Assembly (NCBI GenBank): GCA_964016885.1
Contig: OZ024744.1
Coordinates: 98,952,001-99,016,000, forward strand
Direction of reading: 5' to 3'
Length of the DNA: 64,000 bases
Source: Eledone cirrhosa
Lineage: Eukaryota
A model generated the notes under the pieces. It was not told the DNA's origin, made no database searches, and was given only the letters and a program-made list of their open reading frames with translations. Each line of letters starts with the position of its first letter. The stretch's first letter is position 1. Of this stretch, positions 39,801 to 52,800 are shown piece by piece. Made by a program: the position numbers and the translations under genes.

Positions 39801-42800
39801 ACACAAATACACACATACATTCACAAACACACACATTCACACAAACACACATATACATTCACACAAACACACATACATTCACACAAACACACACATACAT
39901 TCACACAAACACACACATACATTCACACAAACACACACATACATTCACACAAACACACACATACATTCACAAAAACACACACATACATTCACAAAAACAC
40001 ACACATACATTCACACAAACACACACATACATTCACATTCACACAAACACACACATACATTTACAAAAACACACACATACATTCACACAAACACACACAT
40101 ACATTCACACAAACACACACATACATTCACACAAACACACACATACATTCACACAAACACATATACATTCAGACAAACACACACAATCACACAAACACAC
40201 ACATACATTTACACAAACATGCACATACATTCTCACAAACACACGCACATACATTCACACAAACACGCACATACAATTACATTCACACAAACACACACAT
40301 ACATTCACACAAATATACACATACATTCACAAACACACACATTCACACAAACACACACATTCACACAAACACACACATACATTCACACAAACACACACAT
40401 ACATTCACACAAACACACACATACATTCACACAAACACACACATACATTCACACAAACACACACATACATTCACACACACATACATACATTCACACAAAC
40501 ACACACATACATTCACACACACATACATACATTCACACAAATACACACATACATTCACACAAACACACACATTCACACAAACACACACATGCATTCACAC
40601 AAACACACACATACATTCACACAAACACACATATACATTCACACAAACACACACATTCACACAAACACACACATACATTCACACAAAAACACACATACAT
40701 TCACAAAAACACACACATACATTCACACAAACACACACATACATTCACATTCACACATACATTCACACAAACACACACATACATTTACACAAACATACAC
40801 ATACATTCACACAAACACACATACATTCACACAAACACACACATACATTCACACAAACACACACATACATTCACACAAACACACACATACATTCACACAC
40901 ATACATACATTCACACAAATACACACATACATTCACATTCACACAAACACACACATACATTCACACAAACACACACATACATTCACACAAACACACATAT
41001 ACATTCACACAAACACACATTCACACAAACACACACATACATTCACACAAAAACACACATACATTCACAAAAACACACACATACATTCACACAAACACAC
41101 ACATACATTCACATTCACACAAACACACACATACATTTACACAAACATACACATACATTCTCACAAACACACGCACATACATTTACACAAACACACACAT
41201 ACATTCACACAAACACACATACATTCACACACACACATACATTTACGCAAACACACACATACATTCACACACACACATTTACACAAACACACACATACAT
41301 ATACATTTACACAAACACACACATACACGCACTTACATTCACACAAACACATACATACATTCACACAAACACATACGGACAGAAGTCACTCAAATTTATA
41401 TATAGATTTAATTTTGTTTTTATCTTTTTTTTTCATATTTCCATTATTGTATAATTTCTTTGTGTAAAATATAGCTGACATAATATGTTTAACTAGAACA
41501 GATAACAAAATAAAATTATTATAAAAAAAAAAACTGCTTCAATTCTTCTTCAGCAATTGCAACCGATACATTTTAACCCTTTAGCATTTAAACCAGCCAT
41601 ATCCGGCGAGAATTCTCTCACCTCTTTCTATTCAAACCGGACGTAATAGATTTGATATTATGTGAGATAATTATATGAAGTAAAGCCTTTCCTGTGAAAA
41701 TATAATAGTATATATATAGAATAATGTAAATGCTAAAGGATTAAGGTATTGTTCTCAAAATAAATTATATTAAAATCTCATAGATTTGATATTATGTGAG
41801 ATAATTATGTGAAGTAAAGCCTTTACCATGAAAATATAATAGTAAATATAGAGTAATGTAAATGCTAAAGGGTTAAAAGAAGAGAACACTTTGCTAAAAG
41901 ATAATCTAAGAGTTAGCATGAAATGATCAACTCTTAACATCCTGTAATGATCTAATAGAAACTGTTTTTAAAAGAGTTTGTTAATTCAAATGTTTATAAT
42001 ATCTTTGCTAGTGGACAGATCATTGTGAAAATTTACAGTATTAGAGTAAAGATTTTAATTTTTAATGATGTATTCATTTTTAGTGATTACAGTCATAGTG
42101 CTGTTTTGTACATTTCAAGAATGTTTGTTAATATGGTTTCATGTGGTACAGGGTGTTAAGAGTTAATGTAATACAGTCATAGTACTGTTTTGTACTTTTC
42201 ACAAATGTCTTGTTAATGTGGTTTCATGTGGTACAGGATGTTAAGAGTTAAATAAGAGATTAGTTTTAATAGACATACTAGAAGGATCTGTTTATTTCTC
42301 TTTCTTGCTTGTTGAGGATCTTCGTGTGGATTTTCTTCTTTTCCTTCTTTTTCTTCAAGGTTTTCTACCACCAATCTCTTAGCTTGGCTGAAAACGAAGG
42401 GAAGGAACTCTAGTAATATGTTAGATTTATATCTGTGCACACACTCACTACCCAGCGTAACAAAGACTGTATGTATATATATATATATATATATATGCAG
42501 AGGTTATATTTAATTTGTTGGGATTCAACAAGCTTAAAAATGTTTATAACTGATATAAAGCACTCAACAGTATAGTGGGAGTAAATATACAATATATATT
42601 AACAAATGGAAACTATATTTATAAAACCATATTTATTTTATTATACATATTTCAAGGGCCACCAAGGCAAATTATGGTGTACTTTCATCAGATAAAATAC
42701 AATACAGATTTGTTTTATAAATAAATATTGACATTGGACCAATCATAAGTCAGCGGCCTATGTTATCACTTAAGTTTAGACCTGGTTGCCTTTCGATATG

Positions 42801-45800
42801 ATGGATGGACTATGGAATTCTGGAGAGTCTGAAAAATCTGGACACTCAGTGACAATGCCAAAGACAAATTCACCTCATGCTGCCGGACGAGAATGCAAGG
42901 ACTCCTCTTTATTTAGGCCAGGGACGGCTAACATAGCCCCATCTCCTTCACCCCTCTCTGCGCCCTGTCCTCCCCACCCACCAAACGCAATCCAAAACTT
43001 CAGAGTTGGTACCATGAATGTAAGTACTTTAAAAGGTCGCTCTAACAAGGTTGTAGAGATGCTTGAACGTAAGGAGGTCGATGTTTGCTGTATTCAAGAG
43101 ACCAGGTGGAGGCGTGGGTCTGCTAGATTCATTGTGGGTAAAAAACGATGCTATAAGCTTTTGTGGGTGGGAAATGGGCTGGGTGGAGTAGGAATCATGC
43201 TAGCAGAAAAATGGGTAGATAAGATAATAGACGTAAATAGAGTGAACAACAGAATAATTAAAATAAACGACAAAAAAACCACACAGTCCACGCTGTAAAT
43301 GTGGCCGTGTAGGCAACACGGTAAAAACCTCCCAGCCCCACACTGTAAATGTGGTTGGTGTTAGGAAGGGCATCCAGCTGTAGAAAACCCGCCAGACAGT
43401 CCACGCTGTAATGTGGCCATGTAGGCAACACGGTAAAAACCTCCCAGCCCCACACTGTAAATGTGGTTGGTGTTAGGAAGGGCATCCAGCTGTAGAAAAC
43501 CCGCCAGACAGTCCACGCTGTAATGTGGCCGTGTAGGCAACACGGTAAAAACCTCCCAGCCCCACACTGTAAATGTGGTTGGTGTTAGGAAGGGCATCCA
43601 ACTGTAGAAAACCTGCCAGACAGTCCTATGCGAGCAAGACAACCAATCTTGCCTCAAGTGGGAAAACTCCCGTCCAAACCCATGCAAGCGTGGAACACGG
43701 ACGTTAAACGATGATGATGATGATGATGATGATGAAGACTTGTCCTCAATAGAACTACTGTGACAATAATATCTGCATATACATCCCAACCCGGACTGCC
43801 TGGCATTATAAAAGACAGATTCTATGAGTTGTTAATGCTCATTACCTCCCAAATAACCGACAGTGACTATATAATTATTGCTGGCGACCTAAATGGTCAC
43901 GTTGGACAACATTGTGACGGCTATGACGGAATCCATGGAGGCTATGGGTTTGGTACTAGAAATGAGGAAGGCTCCAGAATCATGGAATTCTGTGACGCAA
44001 ATAATCTAACTATCTGTAACACTAACTTCAAAAAACGAGACAATCACTTGATCACCTATCGATCAGGGGAACATACCAGCCAGATAGATTTTATCCTTAC
44101 CAGAAGACGAGACAGAGTGTCTGTTGTAAACACTAAACCCTCCCCCATGAAGAATGCACCTCCCAACATAGCCTCATAGTTAGCGACCTCATAGTCAGGA
44201 TGAGACGTACTCGACAACAGAGGAGGACTATCCTTAGGAGAAAAATATGAAAGTTAAAGGACCCCACAACCAGTAATAAATTTAAAAGCATATTACTTGA
44301 TGCTTTCGACAGTAAGGGAGAGCAATTAGAGTCGTACAATATAGAGGAACAGTGGGAATTCCTGAAAGCTAACCTGCTGAAGGCGACAGATGAAATCTGT
44401 GGCTGGAGCAGACCTATAGGCAGGAAGAGAGTAACGTGGTGGTGGAACTGTAAGGTGGAGGAGTCGATCAAGGCCAAAAAGCAGGCTTGGAAAGTATGGC
44501 GGGATGGGGGAAGTAGAGAAGACTATCAAGTGGCCAGGAGGGAAGCTAGGAGACAAGTGTACTTCGCAAGAAGGGAAGCAGAAGAAAGAAAGTTCAAGCA
44601 TGTTCTACAACGCGAGGACCAAAAACATGAGGTGTTCAGGATTGCTAGACAATGTGTCAAGGAGAACCGTGATATTGTCAGGTAAAAGTCTGTCCATAAT
44701 GATGATGGTGTACTGGCCATCACTGACGCTGATAAGAAGGTAGCTTGGAAGTGTCACTACGAAAGGCTACTAAATGAGGAGAATAAATGGGAGAAAGACA
44801 GCCTCCCCCACATCGATCCAATAGAAGGACCAGCAGTGTTAGTCGAGGGTAGTATAATAAGTAAGGCAATCAAAGATATGAAGATGGGCAAGGCGGCTGG
44901 GCCTTCGGAAATAGTTGCTGAAATGCTGAAAGCATCTGGAACGGTGGGACACACTATGGTCACCCGGATAGTAAACCAAATTATACAGAATGGGGTCGTA
45001 CCAAATGACTGGCATAGCAGCATCATCATTAACTGCTACAAGGGTAAAGGAGACGCCCTAGATAGGGGAAACTATAGAGGCATTAAATTAATTGACCAGG
45101 TCATGAAGGTCACAGAAAAAGTAATAGCGCAACTAATCAGAGAGCGAATTAATAAAGATGAAATGCAGTTCGGGTTTGTGTCAGGTAAAAGTACCACAGA
45201 CGCTCTTTTCATTGTACAACAACTACAAGAGAAGTACCTAGCTAAAACTAAACCCCTCTACTTAGCTTTTGTAGACCTGGAGAAAGCCTTTGACAGAGTC
45301 CCCCGCTCCATTATCTGGTGGGCAGTTAGAAAACTAGGTGTAGATGAATGGATGTGAGAGCTATACAAGCCATGTATAAAGAAACAGTCAGCAAGGTTAG
45401 AATTAACAAAGAATATAGTGAAGAGTTTAGCGTAAAAGTTGGTGTTCATCAGGGCTCCGTCCTTAGCCCCCTCCTATTTATTATCGCCCTCCAAATTATA
45501 ACGGAGGAGTTCAAGACCGGCTGCCCATGGTAACTTCTATACGCAGATGATCTAATTCTCATAGCCGAATCAGTGGCTGAACTAGAGAAGAAATTCCAAA
45601 CATGGAAGCATGGCTTAGAATCAAAAGGCCTTAAAGTTTACTTGTCTAAGACTAAAGTCCTAATATGTAGGAAGGAGAATAGGGCACTGGTCCCATCTGG
45701 GAAATGGCCATGCTCAGTGTGTAGGAAAGGAGTAGGTAGAAACTCCATTTTATGTCCCAAATGCAAAGTATGGGTGCATAAAAGATGTAGTGGGATCACA

Positions 45801-46855
45801 GGTAAGCTAATTAAAAATATAGATTTTATATGTGGCCGGTGCTCTGGTGCAATAAGTAGCAGCAAATGACCACAGGATACTAGCTCATTCCATTGCCCAG
45901 AGGGTTCTATAGAAATAGTGGACACCTTCCGTTCCTGGGTGACAAAATCAGCAGTGGTGGGGGGGTGCTCTGAAAGTACTGTAGCTAGAGTCCGAACGGG
46001 ATGGAAAAAGTTCAGAGAGCTTATAACACTATTAGCCGCTAAAGGTTTCTCTTTAAAAATAAAAGGCAGGCTGTATGATGCCTGCATACGAATAGCAATG
46101 TTACATGGCAGTGAGACTTGTGTGCAGAGGATCTACGCAGACTGGAGAGGAACGAAGCTTGCATGCTCCGCTGGATGTGTAATAGTAATATACGCGAACG
46201 GCAAAGCATAAATGAACTAAGTGAGAAATTAGGAATAAGAGGGATCAGATTCTGTTTACTCGAGAGAAGACTACGTTGGTACGGTCACGTGATGCGCATG
46301 AAAAATGACAGCTGTATAAAAAAGTGCAGGGCGATCAAAATAGACGGTAGCTACGGAGTAGGCAGACCCAGAAAAACCTGGAACGACTTGATAAAATCCG
46401 ACCTCACACACTTACACCTCTCCAAGACAATGTCACTGGACCGTGATCTTTGGCGCTACGTAATAATAAAGAAGACCCACCTTGCCTAAGTACAAAACGA
46501 AACCTAGTCAGTAAGCACCTCTTAACCAAAATACACCCCCGTCCCAACCCTACCCCCACCAACATCTACACCACTCCTTTTGATGTAAAGTTATGTTGGT
46601 ACCACAACATCCAGTCCTAAATAAATGAGTTTGTGTAGGTGTCACGACAAAAAAACACATAGTCCATGCTGTAATGTGGCCGTGTAGGTAACACGGTAAA
46701 AACCTCCCAGTCCACACTGTAAACGTGGTTGGTGTTAGGAAGGGCATCCAGCCGTAGAAAACCCGCCAGACAGTCCTGAGCAAGACAGCCAATCTTGCCT
46801 CAAGTGGGACAATTCCCGTCCAGACCCATGCTAGCGTGGAAAATGGACATTAAAC

Positions 46856-46887
<32 letters not shown>

Positions 46888-49800
46888 CATACCCTGAAAA
46901 AAGACAACCTTAACAGTTGGAGCTTCCTGGATAGTGGAGATATTACATTTATGAGGGTGATATAAAATTATGAGTGAGTATGCAAATGAGTGTCTGAAAG
47001 GTTGAAAAGATAACGGTTTATTTAAATTAAACGGTTGGAAGAAGGTGATATGTGAGGGAGAGAAAAAAAAGAAAGAAAGAAAAAAAAGAAAGAAAGAAAA
47101 AAGAAGAAGGAATGACAAAGATAGGAGAGGAAAAGAAAGAACGATTATATATATTTTGACAGTGAAAATAGCATGAAGAGAAGAGCGTAAATAAGAGATT
47201 AGTTTTAAAGGATAAATACAGCGTAAGTATATTTACGTGAGAGGAGAAAGGAAGAAATGAAGAAATGAGAATAATGTGGAGGATTAATATTTATAATGCA
47301 GGATTCATTATGTTTTGATTATAATATTTATAATGATAGGTTGAAAAATTAGATTAAAGATTTAATTTAATAATTTAATAATTAGTTTAAATGTGTATGT
47401 TAAGGATTATAAATTATTTAAATAAATATATATTATTTTACATTAGAGCAAATCTAGTATAGTTTATTTTATTAAAAGTTGTAAGTCAAAAATTTTAAAC
47501 ATCCAAATAATTCTAAATTTATGGAAAATTTTCGAGAGTTTACAAAAGAATAACCACTTAGTTATATTATAAAAACAGTAAGGATGTGTAAAGGAAGTTA
47601 GAAGTGATTTTTTAAGAACTCAGATGACTCTAAGGATTAAATGCTATAAAGTTAAGAAGTTAAATTTTCTATCTTAAGAATATAATTAAAACATGAACCT
47701 TATGTTATTTTATACAAAGTCATAAATTTACTTGCTATAAAGTTAAAACATTTAAAAAGTTTTTCTTAAGAATATATTTAAAGCATAAACCATAGGTTAC
47801 TCCACATATATATAAAAAAATCATATGTTTTTCCACATATATATAAACATTTGGATATATATATATTAAAAACGTTTAAAAATATAAGAATATAAAAATA
47901 TAGTTTTTCTATATCTTTCAAAGGAATTTTCAAAGGTTTTCTTAAACCCTCCGTAAGTTTTTCAAGAAAAAATGTTCCTTAAAGGAGTTTCAAGCAGTCA
48001 TATAAAGGAATTTTATAATCTATCGATAGGTGTAATAATATATATGTGAAGTAGAGATAATAGAAAGTAAATTAAGTATATGAATCATATATAGATATAG
48101 AAGACATATATATATATATACATAAAATATACATGTATATATATATCTATATATATATATATATATATATACATCATCATCGTTTAACGTCCATACATAT
48201 ATATATATATATATATACAGTATTTACGTATCGAGAGAGAGAAAAAAAAGGGGAGGATAGGTGATACATATAGTTATTTGCCAAGTAGCGTATGCCACAG
48301 GTGCTCGATACTAGTGCCGGCAGTATTAAATATTCGAAGTGTTAATATTTAGTGGGCTAGAGAGTTAGCAGAGCGTAAGCACGTGGGAAAGTAAAAAATC
48401 GGAGAATAGACCGTTAAAACATGTTTATTTAAAACAGCACCTACGTACGTTTCGCCCAGTTGGGCTTCTCAAGGGCATAAATAATCAAAAGTATTCCTTA
48501 CATTGCTCGGAAAGAGTTTTTGGAGTTAAATCCACGTCAAGGTTCATGGATTTAACCCCAAAAATTCTTTCCGAGCAATGTAAGGAATACTTTTGATTAT
48601 TTATGCCCTTGAGAAGCCCAACTGGGCGAAACGTACGTAGGTGCTGTTTTAAATAAACATGTATTAACGGTCTATTCTCCGATTTCTTACTTTCCCACGT
48701 ATATATATATATATACATATTATATTATATATATATATATGTTAAGTATTTCCGTAGAAAAGGTAAAGGAAAGAAGAGTGCTCTATGTAGAATACAGAGC
48801 TATTTAATTACATAATAAACAAGATAACTATTTAATCTGATGAATGGGTTGGACGTTTCTGTAAGGATCGTCTAGTTTCTTGAAACCTTTGGTAATGGAA
48901 TAATTATATTGTGTTGTTTATTATGTAATTAATATATATATATATATATATGTCTCGAATATATATATATATATATCATCATCATCATCATCATCAACGT
49001 TTAACGTCCGTGTTCCACGCTTGCATGGGTTTGGACGGGGGTTTTCCCACTTGAGGCAAGAGTGGTTGTCTTGCTCGCATAGGACTGTCTGGCAGGTTTT
49101 CTACAGTTGGATGCCCTTCCTAACACCAACCACATTTACAGTGTGGGTCTGGGAGGTTTTTACCGTGTTGCCTACACGGCCACATTACAGCGTGGACTGT
49201 CTGGTGTGTTTTCTACAGCTGGATGCCCTTCCTAACACCAACCACATTTACAGTGTGGGGCTGGGAGGTTTTTACCGTGTTACCTACACGGCCACATTTA
49301 CAGCGTGGACTGTGTGTTTTTTTTGTCGTGACACCTACACGATCTCATTTGTTTCGGCCTGGATGGTGTGGCACCAACATAACTTTACATAGAAGGGGGC
49401 GGTGTGGATGGGGTGGGGGTGGGGTGGGGGTGTATTTTGTTAGAGATGCCTACTGACTGTAGTAGGTTTTACTTTGTATTTAGGTAAGGCGGGTCTTCTC
49501 TCTCTCTATATATATATATGTGTGTCTTGAATAATCGTACCCACCTCCTTGCACTAATTAATTTTTTAGCTAACCTCTTTATGGTACAGTGGGACAGAAG
49601 ACTTAAGGAACAATTAGACAACTCTATAACCTATGGACTCCCACTATGTAGATGACATGAATATCATAGTAAAAACACCCCCACAGGAGAACATCATGGA
49701 AAGCATCCAGCAAATAGCTAACTCCATCCACCAGAGCATTAAAGTTACTATAGACTACCCAACTAAACACCCCAAATATAGATTACCCATACTAGACACA

Positions 49801-52800
49801 GAACTCTGGCTGGAAACTATTAGTAATGGAACACAAATCCTCCATTGACATTATGCTAAACCCATAACCTCCAAATACCTGAGCTACCGTTCAGATCACA
49901 TGAAAATCAATATATTGATTGTGAACTTAGTAAAGAATGACGAGGAACATGTCCCACATGTGCAACCCCAAAGAATTAGATAGATACATACAACACTTCA
50001 TCCACCACATGCAGTTCTCTGGCTACAATCAGAGAGACAAGATCAGGGTATATAAAGGAGCCAGAATCAAATGGGCAAAGATTGTAGAAAATGATGCAAA
50101 TGGAACTTGCCCCATGTATAGGAGCAAATCTTGGAACAGAATAGAAAGGATTAGGAATAAGGCAAATAAAATAAACTCGTGGTATGATAGCAATAAATAC
50201 CAGAGATTAATGTTTGTCAATACAACCCCTAGAGGCAAACTAGCTTACAGATTTAGAAGGGCCCTAGGCAAGCTAGTTTAAATTAAATATTAAGACAGTT
50301 GAAAGACCAGGTATTCCCATAAAAACCTTAATTAGTAAAACATACCCATTTCAAAGATCCCTCTGTATTGATAGGAAATGCATAGTCTGCAAGCTAAGCC
50401 CACAAACTAACTGCACAAAGCTAGGAACGTAGTATATAGCATGAGATGCACTGAGGGACAGTGTTGGAATAAAAAATATAACATACATAGGTAAAACAGC
50501 CTGTAGGAGAAAGAATAAGTGAACACTGGCGAGAACTCCAGGATGGGAAAAACTCATCAGTACTCCACCAACATGCCAAAATAGAACATAGGAGCACATC
50601 AGAGAACATAGAGATAAAAATTATATCCACACACAGAAAAGACGCAATTCTCAGACAAATCACAGAGGCGACAAACATAAACGAACTCCAATCAAAATTA
50701 TACAGAAAACATGAGTGGAATAGCAACATCACAACTAGTAATTAAGGACAAAATGAAGACATACAGACACACACAAAACCAAACTAACAAAACAAATCAG
50801 ACACACACAGATAGAACAAACAACCAACTAGTGACAAGTAAATAAACACATAAATAAATAAAAACACACACTCGGATGTAACGCATGCGCAAACTAAGCA
50901 CACAACACATAAAAACAAGATGGTGTAGGACAGAACAAAGGAGAGACACAAAATAAAAACCCAGTCACTGAGGAGGTCACAGAATGTGTGACGAAAGAGC
51001 TTTGACAATATATAAATAACCATCCGGTTATCGAACCAAATGGAAATTTATAATAAATTGCAGTAAAAACCAACAGGTGCATGTGTTTATTTCGGGAGAA
51101 TGACCCTTCCAAAGTATAACAATATTAGTTTCAACACACGTTTTCAGATAAGAAATCTTGCAAAACAAATTAAAAAATGAAGGACGTTAAACGATGATGA
51201 TGATGATGATGATGATGATAAACAAAGTTATGCTTGAAATGTGAGTGTATTAGAATTTGTAGAATAATGGGAAAAACTCAACGTAAGGAAACTGTTAAAA
51301 CTCAAAATACCATCTGAAGCTCACAGAGGAGATGACGAAGGACCGTGACAAGTGGAGAGATGTTGTGCTGAATAGGACCCGTCCCACCCTTGCAAGCTGG
51401 GAAAAGCGGACATAAAAGGATAGTATTCAGTGGCTAGAAGTGTGTTGGCCCACAGAAGTGATAGGAAGAGAGGATAAACAGAAGTAAAATGGATGGGAGA
51501 GGGTCACACAAACAGTTAGATACTCTCATCAGCTTTTAGGCTGCTTGTGGTTTCGACAATTTAACTAAAAGCACCACATAAAATAGATGGCTCGTGCAAT
51601 AGAAAAATAAATATCTCTGTTGGTATGATGTTTGTGTGAGGAATGAACAGGTTAGATACACTCACACTTCAAACTTGATATTTGACATAACTTTGTTTAT
51701 ATTTTATCACAGCTATTGTAGTTTTCTATTTCAGAGGGATACCATCACTGAGGTTTCTTATTATTTCTCCCCCCCCCCTTCTTTCATTCTCTCATTCTCT
51801 CGCCCGCTCTTCCCTTCTTCTTACTGCTTCTTTTCTTTTCTTCTCCCTTCACCTACCTGGCACTCCTACTCGTCACTTCTGCTTACTACCACCTCTACAC
51901 ACAGACAGAGCCTTTGTTGTTGCCTCTGTTGAGGCTGAGTGGACACACTTTATTTTTCTCTCACTCTGACCTGTCTGTCTGTCTATCTAATCTGTTTGTT
52001 CCTCACTCAAACATCATATTAACAGAGATATTTATTTCTCCATCTATTTTACGTGGTACTTTTAGTTAAACTGTCGAAACCACAGGCAGTCTAAAAGCTG
52101 ATGATATAATGTTTGTGTGACCCTCTCTCCTCCATTTTTCTTCCCTTTATCCTCTCTTCCTATCACTTCTGTGGGCCAACACTCTTCTAGCCACTGATTC
52201 CTATCCTTTGAGGTAAATTTTACATGATGCTGCCATTGATGGCATTTTGCTGTTTTAACAGCAAAATACCATAAATCACTGAGTATTTCCCATTATTCTA
52301 TGAATATATATATATAAATATATACAAATGTAACATAAAAAATGTTAGAATTGTGTGCTGCTCAATAAAGAGCAATAATAAACCAAATGTAAAAGATATA
52401 TGTATATATAGAGAGAAACAGAATCATATATTGTGTCTCTGTCTCTCTATATATACATATATCTTTTACATTTGATGTATATATATATATATAGAGAGAG
52501 AGGTATAAAGCTGATGGACCAGGTCATGAAAGTAACAGAAAGAGTTATAGCACAGTTGATTAGGGACCGGGTGAAACTAGATGAGATGCAATTTGGGTTT
52601 GTGCCAGGAAAAGGCACCACTGATGTCCTCTTCCTTGTGAGGCAGTTACAGGAAAAGTACCTAGCTAAAAGTAAGCCGCTCTACCTGGCATTCGTCGATC
52701 TTGAGAAAGCCTTTGACAGAGATCCACGTGCTATAATCTGGTGGGCTCTTAGAAAATTAGGAGTAGATGAATGGCTTGTGAAAGCTGTACAAGCCATGTA

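Noticed and set aside
39579-41467. His/Thr-rich 600-aa ORFs
   Set aside because: CA-rich minisatellite, open in all three frames.
42760-46887. Active RTE element
   Set aside because: Nested insertion plus multiple stops and frameshifts; the CRE and Penelope copies are likewise dead.
46893-46926. 34-nt minus-strand mini-exon (and an 18-nt one near 42449-42466)
   Set aside because: The 34-nt piece would frameshift. The direct 55082->42387 join already matches the C3orf14-like pattern; no transcript evidence is available for either.
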